Positions 12,801-27,800 of a stretch of 64,000 nucleotides of DNA are shown piece by piece. The DNA is from Balanoglossus misakiensis. Lineage: Eukaryota; Animalia; Hemichordata. Numbering within the stretch: the first letter of the stretch is position 1; each line of letters starts with the position of its first letter. The position numbers and the translations under genes were made by a program. The stretch is from contig CM082576.2 in NCBI GenBank assembly GCA_040954595.2, positions 1,309,403 through 1,373,402 of the forward strand, written 5' to 3'. The notes under the pieces are model-generated. The model did not search any database, was not told the DNA's origin, and was given only the letters and a program-made list of their open reading frames with translations.

Positions 12801-15800
12801 TCCAATTAAATCACTAGCTTTGTATCCAATGATATCTTGTACTCTGTAATACAAGAGAATCACTGATTAGTTTTGATTTTGTGAAATATCCAGTTACATT
12901 GTATTTTCAAACCTATTTAGCACTTCATGTATACACCAGTGGGATATCATAACTGCAATGTGTATTGAGACCCAGTGATCTAAATATGATGCTATAGCTA
13001 TACATGATTTAACCCAATTCCCTTCACATCTTGATTAAATCCCATCATTGGACATGCACTCACAATGCTGTGTGCGTGATCAGGGTTAGGGGTGACGAAT
13101 AGGCTAAAATTGCCACAACTAACTCATTTTGACCGAATTTCTAACAAATTATTTGACTTTAATTAATTCCAGTTTATGCCATAATCTGTTGCTTTGCTTT
13201 TAAACCTTTCTAGACTTTACATTGTTTCATGGCTGCAGTTCGCCATTTCATGTTTCTGGCTCTAAAAATCTCTGTAATTTGCAGCGTCACAGGATGTAAG
13301 GCCTCAAAGCATGCTATCTATTAAATGTATCTACACCACATGTCAATCAAACAGCGACGCCATGACAACTAATTGGCCTCTGGATAACACCACCATATCC
13401 TACAAAGCATTATCTGTCATTAGCTTTCAGAATGATAAGACAAGAATCCGATTTCATGTCAGCAAATATATGCAACATTGTGGTTAACGCAAGCCACCAT
13501 AAAACTCTGTTTTGTTGTGGACTTCATGTTTAACCCTTTCACCCCCAGTTCCCTCTATTAGAGGTCCAACCTTCTATACCATAGAAAACAATGGGTTTGA
13601 ACTGAACCATGGTGTTAAAAGAGTTAATGAATGGATCACAGACTTGTAACCCTGGAGAAAAGTTTCAACTCACCTATCATCTACATATGTAAATTTCATA
13701 TCCATGGCATGTCTGGATAGAAAAGTTTGACTGTCAAATGGTATTTCAATGTTGGCAGGATGAGGAATAGGTTCTGCCACAACAGTTAGACAGGTCATTG
13801 GTGGCGGTCTGTAGCCCATCAAACTGACGCTAGTACTGGATTCAACAGTCTTCATGTGTCCACGACACTGTATAACCTAGAAAAGAAGATATTAACAGTG
13901 CAACATGACTATCACATTTGATGTTATGTGACAGGTATTCCTGTAATAATGCATCAATTAAGAAGCCATGCTTTGCAATAAAGTGGAAGAATATAGTGGA
14001 AGCGTTTACTGCTTCTGTGTTGGCTTGAAAATTTGTTTGAAATGGCTGTTTCTTGTTCTGCACACTTAAACTCAGCACTATCGTCAACAGAACTGAATTG
14101 CCAGAATATAATCAGACCTCATGATAATCTTGGTAGAAAGAGTTAGTCTTGACATTCAGACAGCAATCTACCATACTTTTTCCACATCATACGAGACTTT
14201 ATGGACATTAATCATCTGTCTGGGGATTAATATATCACTGTTTCCTATTCAGTCTTTGATAAATTGCCCTCGCTTTGTTAACTACTCAGTGGTGTGACAG
14301 TTACACTTGACATAGGATGACCTGTGAAATGTACCTGCGCCTTTGATATGTCTGAATTGTGAATACGAGACAGGTGGGGAGGTTTTGGACACACCATGAG
14401 GCCTTGCAATGGCAGACTCTCCAGCAGATGGAGAGGACACACACAGACAACTGACAGCAACTGACACATCAACAACCTTGTACTCTGTACAGGTACCTGA
14501 AAGATCATGTCACCCTGAGTGGCTGGTGTCTGCACACAATCTCTTACTGATATATTCCCGCTTTATCAACTGATATCAATTTGGAAAACATGATCTGGGT
14601 TTTGACATTTACAGACTGAATATAAATGGCTTCACATTAAAAATCTCAACTGGAGCGTGAGAACTGCAGTTATATGCAAGAGTTCTGAAAAATATACTGA
14701 CAAGTTTTAATTAGTTTTAGAACAATGTCTTTTTACCCCCATAACAGTTGGCGTGAGCATGTAAATCAGTATCCTCTATTGATTAATTGGTTTTGGTCTG
14801 TCTTCAATCAAGATTTATCATGCACATGTGTTTTGACCATATCAAAGTACTGGGACCAGCAGACCGACCATGTGTCTACGTGCAAAAACTGAGCAAAAAA
14901 CCATTTACACTGGACTGGAACCAAAAATAGAACTAAACCAAGATTAATTGATAATGGACCTTGTGCTGGCTGGAAGAAGTAGGCCGATACTGACCCCCTT
15001 CTTACTCTATTCTCAAATCTGAAGATTTCGGATGAACTTGGTCAAGTACTGACCCCACACAGAGATAAACAGTGAGGAGATGGCTTTCAGCTAGCTCAAT
15101 TTGTCAATAAGACAGGTTTGCAGATTTTGCTGACAAAACTTTCAAGTAATTATTCTGTTTTTGGCAGTGTATAGGTCGCCGTTCCCTACATCTGATTTTA
15201 ATCAGATTGAGGCTAACCTATGACTATGTCACAAGAATACTCTTCTTTTAACAACATCAAGTTTGGCTTCAATACACAGTGTGCAAAAATCTTGATGTGT
15301 ATCACCATGATTCAGTACGCTACCACTCTTTTAGGTCAATATTTACTGAATTCATGTTCCTTTAAATAAGCACCATCTGTATTTAAATGAAGCCAAACGA
15401 CCTTTTAAGGGTCAGTCATCAATCCTCACTGTTCAAGTGTCAGGTTAGTTGAATCTCAGTGGTTGTTGTACATGTTCTTCTAAACATACCTTGTATGTGG
15501 CTGACTTCAAATTTACATTGCGGCCTTTTGGAGTCAGGGTACACTTCATTCTGATCAAGAAACTACATTCATCTTTCTCTTTTTTCGCCTTGATTTGTAT
15601 TCCCGGCTTGTCAGAGAGCTGTTCCCGAATCTCTTCATGGTCACAGGGATGGGTGTAGTCATATACACTGTGGCCTGCCATGTCAACCTGAATATAACAT
15701 ATGATTGTATTAAGGAATAAAGATTCACTTGCCAATCTTGGGGAATCATTCAAATGTCGATCTTGGAGTAAACTTTTTCACAAAAGCACTGCTTTACACA

Positions 15801-18800
15801 AGTAGACATCTGTTTTTCAAGAAATGGTCAATGTTTTCCAAAAGATATTACAGAATAAACAATGCGATTTTTGATAAAATGTTCAAACTTCTGTTTCTTG
15901 GCCAAACATTTGTCAAGAGACAAATCATTCTTTTTCATGAAATGGATAACTTTCTAAAAAAAGATGATCAATATTATCAATGACATGAATAATGATTTCA
16001 AAAAAGTGAATATGTTGCATTCTGGGAGAAAGAAATGGATCTTATGAGCGGCTACAACCAAGACAATCAAATGATTGCTACATAGACATATTCTTCACCA
16101 TTACCATCAAAATGAGCTCCTAAACCCATCACTGAACAGTGACTAGCAGAACAGACTCACCTGGTTTAACCCAAGGTATTTGGAGACATTCTCAGACAGG
16201 TAAGCCATGTCTCCCTCTTGTGTCAAAACCATGACAAATCCTTCTAGAGCCTTCAAGTAGTAAGCGTCCATCATTTTATCAAGAACAGCATTCCTTGTTG
16301 CCACGGTGCCTTTGCTTTCTGTAAAAAAACAAGACGTCAAATGTATTCAGTTGAACATCAACAGAGTGAAAAGTTCCTCTCGTTTCATTCATTATCAACA
16401 TGATATCCAGATGCTGTACCAACCAAGTTTCACTGGGATTTTGCATTTTAATTACCTTCTTACAATCCTAAAATCATTAAATGCTATAAATGCTACAGTT
16501 AGAGACAATGCTATATCAATAAATTGTGAACTACATGTAGTATTTGCAACAAATATTCTATAACATATGAGACTAAGACATAAATAAAAATCATTACACA
16601 CTGCTTAAATAACCCCTTCTGAATCTATAATACCAAGTTATGTTTACAACTATTGTGGGGTTATTGTCCGAGCAAAGCCAATATACCCTATAATTATTCA
16701 AGGTATGTCACTCTATGATGTAAACACTTTTCTTATGTATTTAGTCCACGCGGAAAAAACAACAACCTTTTGCTGGTCACAGTCTAATTCCAGAAAATAT
16801 TGGACACTGTCCAATTATATACAAGTGCATTATTTTGTTATGAAAATACAATGGAGGAGTTTTTTTCTAACTGTACTACAAAAACCTGACTCAGGCTGAT
16901 CCATAAGGGTTGATCCTAGCTAGGTGTGTCGGCTGCACTTAAACTAGGACACATTGATGGCGTCTTAACACCATTCTGCAGTCACTCAGAATAGGCTAGG
17001 TATTTGTGCATATGTTGGTTCTACAATAACACAAGTAACTTAGCAGGTCTGCAATATTCATTCCCCTGGATGAAATGTGGAATGGATATTGTATGTGTCA
17101 GTCTGTGCTTAGCTATTTCTCATACATGCTCGTACTTAGTTGTGTTGGAAGTTTGTTAAATAGCACTTAGCCGTCAAACCTATGCATAGTTTTTTCTTTT
17201 GTTAATTTTTTTTTCAGATTTTATTTTATTTTTTCAATTGATCTGGTTTAACTTGTTTTGTACACTTGACATGCCCACCTGTAAGGACGCATAGACTGTG
17301 ACACAACAATCATTCCTCAAGCTAATACTCCTAGTCCAGCAGATTTGAAAAGGGCACTGTCCTCACGTTTTAATATGTTCACTTCATTTGTCACAAAACA
17401 GTCAGATGGTGCACAAATGCATGTAGTCTTGAACACGCGGCACAGAGTAATGAGATTAATCAACCTTACTTATCAAATCAGTTCAACAACCCTTCAAAAG
17501 TTAACTTCTAGAATGTTGCTTTCTCCTCTCCATGATGCCATATGTGGCATGATTTTATTGCTTTTTATTTTTACTCATCAAGACTAAAATTACACCAATG
17601 ATGTGACACATGGGCTCTGCAACCAATGTGGTGTACATATGCATGCAGAGAATGTTAGCAGAGGCCAAGGGTTAATGCAAGTCAGACAACCACCATGACA
17701 ACTTGTAACGGCATAACAGGTTTGTTCAATTAGCACAACAGGTTCGTTCAATTTATAAACTCGAATAACCTATGCTGAGGTTTGTAACTAGATGAAAGTA
17801 CGGCTTCAAAAGTGAATCTAGCACATTCTAGTGTGGGACACTTAAACTGATATGCTCACTGAAGCATGCTAATTCTGCAGACCATACAAATGTATGCTAG
17901 TCAACATGGAATCATGCATGAATCTCTTTTTACTTGCAGACAAGCATTATGGGAGCAGGGCAGGTAGCAACAGCAAACACACTGGTCATCGTTGCAGCTT
18001 TATCTAACACCAAACATTACAACTGAAAAAAAGGACACACAGATAGAATGTAGAAATGCATCATGCATCAACATCTAAAATCTGTCTTTCGAATAAGATA
18101 CAATGACAACCTAAATTGTAAATTGATTTAAAACTCTGACCCTTATATTAAAATATCATTATGGAAAAGTCCAAATATATTTCTCAACACCATTAGTTTA
18201 ACTTCTGACCCCATGTTATAAAGTCACAAAAGTCTCTTGGTCTTATTTGACAAACCAGGGCATAGTACACAACAATGTGTTGCTTTTTGCTCATCTCTTT
18301 TTGGCACTTTTTTAATTCCAGTATCTTCATCATTCGCCAATCACTGACTGAGTCTGAGGCTCCATTTCACTGACCCTTACCATTTTATTCTGATACTTAA
18401 TATAATCACCAAATATGAAGAGGGCAAGTACACTAGATGCTCTGGCTGAGAGAATAAAATACTCTGATCACCCCTTACATTGATACAGTTGAATCCTTCT
18501 TTCAATCTGACATACTCTATACACAAATCTGTCCGCTTCCACAAAACCACAACAGAGATTTCAAACAGACATATCACGACCTCGTTTCAACTATATTATA
18601 ATGTATTAGCAGTGGTGTATCTTGGCAAAAGTCCAAAAGTTAACACCAACAGCTGTGCATAAATAAAAACATTACGTCAACACAATTTCAATGGGTATCA
18701 AGTTTTCTGGCTGGAAGCAGTTCTAAGAAAGAAAGAAAAGACAGAGGATAAACAAGTGATTTGCCAACCCTGACTAAAATGCTTTCAAATTAATGTCCAT

Positions 18801-21800
18801 CGTCCTCTTTAAATGATGTGGCCAAACCAAAATGAATCCACCACAGTGACTGTATTTACATGTATTTCATGTTTATTCACATTTTATTCAAATAATATCT
18901 CTTACGGTATGAAGCCAATGTCTACAAAGTGGAACAGACAGGGAGCTTTCACAGCCAGAAGAACAAATTCACATAACAGAGTAAACTACGTCATTTCATA
19001 ACCATAGTAACACTACATTGACATGATTGCATCCAGACAAGTTTTCGCTGACGCATTACTCTGAACGATACACTGATTCAGTCTTTTTTCCTTTCAAAAC
19101 TGGAAAAGTTGTTCTTATAAAGATCAATGAACCCAAATTCTTCAATTAGAAAATTAATGGAATATAAAACAAAAGATAAATCATCAAATTAAAAATACTA
19201 CAAGTTTTATTTTTTTGTAATGTACTGAAGCGAATTACACAGCTTAATATTTTTGATCTTCCCTGATTCTATCATACTTTTCTATGTTTGTTTGGGTGAT
19301 TTATTCAAAAAATAATAATATAAATCAGCTATTTAGGAAATGAATTGAGCTCATTGCTATAAAACAAATACATAATTTTCTTTTAATTTATTTCTTTGCT
19401 GTCTACGGAAGCCAGGCACCATGAATATACTCAGACTTAATATTGCAATCGATGGGTGGTAATAGTGATTGCTGGAAGGGTTACAAGTAAATAACAAGCC
19501 AGAATGTTCAGTCTATAGCCCCAACCCAAAGTACATTTCATTTGTTTCATTTCAAGAAAGCACTAGGTATTATCAATTTCACCACAGGTAGCCAAGACGT
19601 ATAGTGATTTGCAGAAAGTACATTAAAAGTAAATTCCTAGTAGTTTACAGGAAGTCAGAGGGCAAGTAGACCATCCATGCATTACTACTTTCTTTACTCA
19701 CAGCAAGTATTTCATCTAAGTGGGATTGCTGACCTGAGCGCAACCACAATAAATGTAACGCTGAATATTTGGTGACAGCGTGATACACTATCACATGGAT
19801 GAAGGAACAATTTGGTGGGCTAACTTTAGGCGCTTTTATTTTCTTTTTCAGAAAGACCCCCTGCTGGTTGCCTAACTTGATAGCCTCTGCATTGTCAACC
19901 ACACTCAGCACAATATACCCATGTACATGTACTTCTACTTGTAATCATTTTGTAATAGATACCATCTATTGATCTACTTACAATCAATATTGGGGCACCA
20001 CTGTCTGAAGACAGAACCACTGTCTCAACCAAATATGGACAAGTTTTGTCCTGGTGTGAATTGGGAGTTTCAGATGTCAGGCCCAGCTTATATGTAAAAC
20101 TTAAAACAGCACCCAGACCAAAACTTGAGACCTGGTGGAGTTGATGGATGTCCTCTGACCTCAATGCTCTCATACTGCTGCACTTGAACTAGAACGACTA
20201 AGTAGGTCAGAGGGCACTGTGATTGAAGTCAACCAAGGACAAAGTAACCTCCAAGTACACAACACACATGGTAGAGATTTGAGACAAAGATATGCCAGTC
20301 AGCAAAATGGGATAGTGTGAATAGTGTACTTCTGTACAAAACAAAAATCCCTTATTTCCATCCAACTTGCAATGAGCTCCTGGATGAAATTCAAACTCTC
20401 AAGATTTACCCTGTGACTAGGCCAGAGTATGCTTTACAGATCGAGTCTATTGAATGTGCACACGGCTTGTGGTCTCATTTCAAGCCCTCCTAGCTCTCCA
20501 TGGCAACCATTACGATCAAGTATTGAAACTGGGGGTCTTCAAGCATTTTCAAGTAACGTAATACAGTCACAGTATTCCCAGTGTTTTACTTTTAAATTAG
20601 AAACGCTGACAGAAACTGAAATGCTTTGATAAGTGTTTATTACAAACTGTATCCCTCCCTACGAGATTCATCGGAGTCTGATTCCCTCCTTTATACAATC
20701 AGCACTTAAAATGAATTCTGTGATAGCAACATTTACAGCCGCTTGATAAAGTGATTTGCCACTTTGAAGATTGTTAATAATCATGTTTCACTTTTTTCTC
20801 TGTTGATTGTATTTAGGTTAAATAATCCATCACCTCAATGATCTAAGACAAGTAATCCGTCATGAAATGAGTGGTTGTACAGTTTACGAACTATGGGCAA
20901 ATTCACATTCTGTAACTTATCTCCAATCTTATCATCTCACTCTTTATGCTGGGTGAAAGTACTGTTAGTGGGAGACTCAACTCTTTCACAACTCTTGAAA
21001 AAGCACTTGTACTATAACCACAATTTCCCAAACCACTGATTACAAACTATTGAAAACAAACTGTACATGTTTCTACCTGTCAATTTTCCTTGTTTTACAA
21101 TTCCATCTCCACCAGGATGTATTTCTACTGGCTTTTACTGTTGTGTGTGCATGTGGAGTCTTTTGGCAGCAACATGAGAAATGACAGCTGAATGTACTCT
21201 GTAATGCCAGGTTGCATATTCATACAGAATATGGTATAAAATGTTCTCTGAGCATGAACAAAAAATTCTCAGAAATATTCATAATACTGAAGAAACATCG
21301 AAGATTTCAGTCAAAATTGTTGACATTCTTCCCTTCTTTACCAAACACATAATTGCCTGGTTCACTGACCTAAGAGCAAATAAAATGGGATCAGAGGGCA
21401 AAAAGGTCCCTTTGAGGTTAAACTTTCTTACAATACAAAGTTTTGCGTAAGCACTTTGAAGTCACGAGTGCAAAGCGCGCCATAACAAGTTGTCTCTCTT
21501 ACACGTAGGCAGGCCAAAAGTACATCTATCTCATGTCAGCTGGCATTACTCTTAACTTTTTCTGGGTCTTTTGCTTTGTTTGGTGTAATTTGTTGGTCTG
21601 CCAACCTCTGATGCAAGACTCATTTTTTCAGCGTACCTAAGGATGACACAGCCTTACCAGCCATCTGATTATTTGATTTATGAAGATACACTTTATCGGT
21701 AATTTACAAAATAAGAGAGAAATTTGTCAGATGTAAAATTGCCTGTGTGCAAATCCTGTTTTGCCTAATCTGAAATTGATTTACTATTGGGTATGATAAC

Positions 21801-24800
21801 TTTTCAAATATCATATTTCATGAAAGTACAATTTTTTCTTGTAAAATTATATTTATTGGCAATCTAGTATCTCCCGGCCTTTTCTTGGCACTGCCTATGG
21901 CCAAGCCATGAAAAGGCAAGATAAAAAGATATCAATGCTAGCAAGTCCGAAGTTTGATAAAATAAAATACAGTTTTATAATTTATAAGTGATTGCTATAA
22001 ATAATTTATAAAATGACCATGTATGATAAGAAGGAGATTATAACTGTCAAAATTATATTTTCCATAACCAGACGACAGTTGGACTTTGGAAGTTTTATCT
22101 GTCATCCATCAGAACTGCTGGTCCCAATTTGATAATACCAAAAATCCTTTGAACATTCATTACAAGTTGAAAGTGCTTGTTTTGGATACTATTTGTATTC
22201 AGTTTTGCACTACTGACATTTGTTTACAAGTTATTAACTTATTTAGATGTTTACCTTGTTTACCAATTTCCGCTTGATTAGAACTACAAGTATAAATCGT
22301 GTAATAGGTTTGCTATTCTGAAATTTATTTTGTCAACTGTACTGAAACAGGAAACTCGTCTTACGAACATGTCTAGTATTCACTGATACCAGCATTCTGT
22401 TTACTGTCACTTTTATGAGTGTATAAAACTTCCATGAAATCAGAATTCTTATGTCGGTACATTGACCTCAGCATATTGAAGGTACAAAACTAAACCACAG
22501 TTACAGTACAGATTTGTCTGAAGACTAAGATTCACTATAAAGTTTTCAGCTGGTGGACGTATGGTGAGTTCTCCTTTCCAAGATTTGCGGTAAATCTCAC
22601 CATAATCCAAACAACAGGAAACCAGGGCCTGGAAACAGATGCATGATATGGAATGTAAAGTTTGTACACTTGTCTGAATTCACATCAAGTTAAAATTAAA
22701 TGCATAGGAATTTTCAAGTATGTATTGATGATGACATACCTAGACAAAAACATTTGCTCTCTTATGACGCTGACTTGCACAGACATCAAACATAACTGTT
22801 GACAAGTATGACAATTTTAGCATGTTTTACGATCAGCTAAAAGCAATGTTTGCAACTCCTTTGATATTTACGGGCAAAAACTGCTGCCATGTGCAACTAA
22901 TAGGCAAATTGTTTTCACAGTTATATTCTGATATTAAACAGAGAATGATTGAACGTGAAGCAGCATATTACAGAAATGCCATCAATTACAAAACCTAAAC
23001 CAAAACTTGACTAAGCCGCCAACAATTGAGCGCAGTGACCCAACAATAATGATCATTGAGGTTACTTCCATCAATACTTTGTTGGTATCTTCAAAGAGAT
23101 AGAGAACCACCCCCTCTTGGCTCACAGCTGTATAGATCACACCCAGTGTGAATCACAATCCAGGCTAAGGTACACCCATAAGAAAGTTGCCAGCTTTATA
23201 GAAATTAAGTCGATGTTAAGCAGCTGATTACAAGAAAAATATTCAATGGCTGTACTTTAACCAGTCTAGATTTGCAAAATGACCCGTGGTGCAGGCTTTC
23301 CAATTATGCCGCCGACATTCTGCCATTGATATTTCTGTTATTACTGTGGCAATTTCGCTATCACAAATTATTTTATTAATAATAAATCAAACCCAAATTA
23401 TACAACAAAAGTTGCTATGATGAGTTTGCTATCAAAAACACACTTACAAACGAAGAGATCACATTTTGTTTCCATCTACACAACTAGCTTGAAATCGGAA
23501 AGTGCTCCTGTTGGAAGTAAGCCTAATGCCCTTCATAAATAATGAAAGTAAAACAGCATTTTATGAAATCTTATGAACTTTGAAGTGAATTTGAACAGAT
23601 GGCAGTGGCATAGTTTGTGTCAATGTACACTATTTGCAATTTGACATGCCAATGATAATTTGAAATCATTACAGGCGCAATCAACCATAATATGCGAAAT
23701 TGGCAATCATTATTTAATGCTGCCATTCAATAAAATTCAAGTAATAAATGACTTTACATGAATTTCCACCTATTTTATCTTATTTGCCTTTGCTTAATTT
23801 TCAGTTCATTATTTTTCGATCAGGCGAGATCATGATGGCAATAATATTTCATTCCAAGCTCTCTGTGCCAGCTCATGTCATAAAGTGAATATTTTCATCA
23901 AAGGTAGATTTGAATATTTTTCCTATCCAAGTGTACTGTACATTTTCATGTAAATAAACCTGTAATCAAAAAGTAATAAGTAATCCGGAATAGGGAAAGA
24001 AATTCATTTTTATCACCTAGCTAAAGCAAACTAGTCAATGAAAAACACATCAATGGTGATTTTATCAAGTACTGCCTGATACTTACATTGTAAAAGAGGT
24101 TTATTTTTTCCAAGCCATACCAAGATATCACCAAACTGGAGAGGATTTGCCCTTTTCATTAGAACCTACCTTGCCCATTGCCATTCACAAACATGTCCCG
24201 CTAAACATAAAGCTAATTCGTACTTCAGAAATCAGATGAAACACACATTCAATACATGGATTTAACTCATAAAAATCACACACATCGTGCTTTCAGAGCA
24301 AGATCTATCATGATTACTTGAAAATCAAAATGCAAAGCAATATATTGTAATGATATCTCAAATCAGAATTGAACGCAAACAACGTTGATGGTTTACAAAA
24401 TTTCAACAATGGATTGATCAATTTCAATTACTTGTCAATCTTACTCTTCAATCTGATAGTGTGTGATATCAGTGTGAATGTTAAATCACAATGTTAATAT
24501 CATGAACAGAACAGAAACTAACATCAACGTTAGTCAACTCCCTTCTGCAGCTAAAGTAACTAAATCAGTAGAGTAAAGTTACTGATGCCCGTTTCGTGTC
24601 AACCATGGATTTAGATGATGAATAGGCATTAATAATACAAATGTAACAATAGAGGCAATAAAAGGACATAGGATACTTGATGATCAAAAGTGAACCTACC
24701 TGAACGTCTGCATTTCTCTCCTATAAGCATTCGCATTTTCAGAAAGCTTATGGTAAGCCTCATAATTGCAGCTTTATCTAGCTGCGCGCACACATTGTGT

Positions 24801-27800
24801 GGCAATGGGAGTTGATGAGCCAACTCGTAGAAAATTTCTGTTTCTTTGCTGCGTCGGAATCTCGCAGCATCCCTCGACTTCTCCTTCCTCTTCTCCGAGT
24901 TTCTGCAAGAGAGAATGAGAAAATGAAAGTAACAGTCAGACATTGCAAAAAAACCAACACAACAACACCACAATTATTTTCAAGCTTGAAAAGACATACC
25001 TCTCTTTTAACATATTGCAATCGGAGTAGTTAAGGTTTTAGGGATGGTCAAATAATGATTTTTCAAACGAGGCTAACTGTATTGGAGACTACAGCGGGAG
25101 CTCTGCATTCTCTCAGGCAGCCTATGGCATGGTTTCAACGTCACTTAGTATCAATTTGAATGCTTAGGCAAAGTCCGAGCTCTGCTGACAGCAAAGGCAA
25201 CTGTTGATGAATGGAACAAGAAATTCCTTTCTTCCTGAGCGACTTTTGATTAATGATTATGACGTCAATCACAAAGGGAAGGAGTGGAGTTGGAAGAATG
25301 ACTACTGCAATGATTGCATCCAGCTCTCTGCCACCTTTCTGATTGCATTACATGGTTACAATGCTAATGTTCTGGATCACGTGATCACTTTGTAACTCAA
25401 CCCTTCCAATATCTTCCTGTCTGCCAGTTTGAACTATCACACACTGTGACAAAGCCTATGCCCACAATCCACTGCATAATGCTTGTACAAACCAAAGTTC
25501 GGTTCAATGCGGTTATTTGTTAAAACGTCTGTCTACGTGCAGCCCTTTATATCCTGGTTAACACAAATTTCACTCAAATATCCTAGCCATGCCTTTTCTC
25601 AAATATTTCTTTTTGGGGGGTCTCAATATTTTATCATTTTTGTTGATTTTCTAACTGGAATCAGCATTAATTTGGAGAATGTAAAACTTCTGGATGTTAC
25701 CACATCCAAGTCATTGCTACTTTAACTTTTAAGACTGCTGGACTGACAGCAATGTACACTAGACAAAATTTAAAAACACAATCTGAAAGCCTTGAATGGA
25801 CACAAAGATTTACTAACCCGTCTCTACTGCAGGAAACATTTGACATGAATCACAGCTAACATGGAAAGACTTCTCAAGTGTACAATGTGTATCTAAGTAA
25901 CCTGTCATTCAATTTCCCCTTAGCACAGCCTGCTCATCCAAAACCACGAAGAAAACAATGGCTTGACTACCACCAAGGAGAGAACAATGACCCTGTTCTA
26001 GTGGGGAGAACAATAGCAATATTGTACTTTCAGAACTTTCTGGGGTGAAAGGGTGGCCAAGGACATTAAAACAAATCCTGCTATAGTGCTAGACAAGAAG
26101 ACAAGCAGATATGTGGAGAGAGCAGAGAATAGAGATGTTATAGATGTAATAATCTCTACAATGCAGCTGAAGAATTCTTTCAATGTAAAGTTCCAGAGCA
26201 AGAATTCCTCACAATGACATAATGCAATTTGTCATCTATCAATTCAAAGAAGAGCTGTCAGTTTCATAGCACCATTATCTCTTATTTCCTACGACCTAGA
26301 ATTTTACTAAGTGTGGAAATGATGCAGATATATTATGCATTTGCATGCATATCTGCCTTCTGCTTGGAGAAGTCATCATAGATACTTTGACATTTTTACC
26401 ATTCATGACATGGTTCCATTCCTGCAAAGAGTCTTTAGTTTGGAGTTACCGCAATTAACATAATGTTTCCATAGTTTGTTCAAAAATCACTACCACTTTC
26501 ACATTTTGAAACTTTACTTTCCCTGTGCAATTTGAAGATTGTGTGAATTCATAAAGCTGACTACACACATTCCCCCCTTTCCTGTTTTATCCCTTCCGGT
26601 GTATGACATTCAAATGATGAGACTTCCTGGTAAACATGTAAAGACCATCTCCTGTAATTCTCGTTCCCTTAATGGATTCTTGACAATCGCTCACTTTTTG
26701 CAAATCATTATAGCAAATCACTTTTTGTCATGGCAACCAGAGGCAGTGTCATTCTGACACAGCTCCTCACAAAATGAGGGACTACCAGGTACTCATTTAT
26801 GACCAGGGTGCAATGCAGCTGTTATGCACTATAATGCATTTCGTATGTGTTACCCTTTGAACAATAATCAGTAAAGGATCCAAGTTGGTTTGTATTCTGC
26901 AACAGAAGCTACACCATGATAAAGAGACTCTGAGTTCAACCATTCCCTGAACACAAACCCATCTCCACAGCACCATCCTTTACACTATTCAAATCCTGTG
27001 GACTCTGGGTAATTTTTCATGTTCCCTTCATATCCCACTGTTATGTATTGCACTATCTTCTTCAAAACAGTAAAGTTGAAATGGTGATATCAATTTGATG
27101 ATCATGTATGACTCATAGTTGCCATCTCTGTCACCTACTAAAACTTCACACAATATAGAAGGCCAAAAGTTGGCATAACATCACTAGAACTATAAATTTT
27201 TTGCTTCTTTCCCATAAGAATGGTAATGAACTCATATTTAATTTTGACACTAGTCTCAATAATAGTTTATAGCAATGGCAGAGATGAATTCTACTACTTC
27301 TACTAGTTCCGTTTGCAATCCAAAAATTAAACCCCCCTCAGTAAATGTTTGTTCTGCAGTCTGAAAGAAATCAATTCAGTGATGAGAATTTCAAACATAA
27401 ATCGATCTATTGAATTGTAAACACACCGCCCCGACCCTACCGTAAGTCTCAAAGAACAACCTTACATGTATATTCACTATACACTTTAAAAGCACTATTT
27501 TGCAAAACTCAGTGCGTACTTGTCCTATTTTGGACAATTTGATTATTTAAAGTGTGGGAAAGTATGAGTTAATGTCAGGTGATTAAAGTGTTGCATACCA
27601 CTTCTCATGAAATAGACAAAGATGGTCCAGGGACTGGAAATGCTTGACACAGGCCACTTAACACAATAATGAACAAAGAACCATCTTTACATGGCAATTT
27701 CCATAAACTCAGTGTATTCAGGTATTTGCTCAGCAGAGGAAGACAGTATGTCAATAGTCATGCAATACCAATATCTCTATTTGCATAATCAATTTTCGAA

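Noticed and set aside
16880-17180. Slightly GC-richer intronic stretch resembling an old repeat
   Set aside because: No termini, pol III boxes or second copy could be identified.
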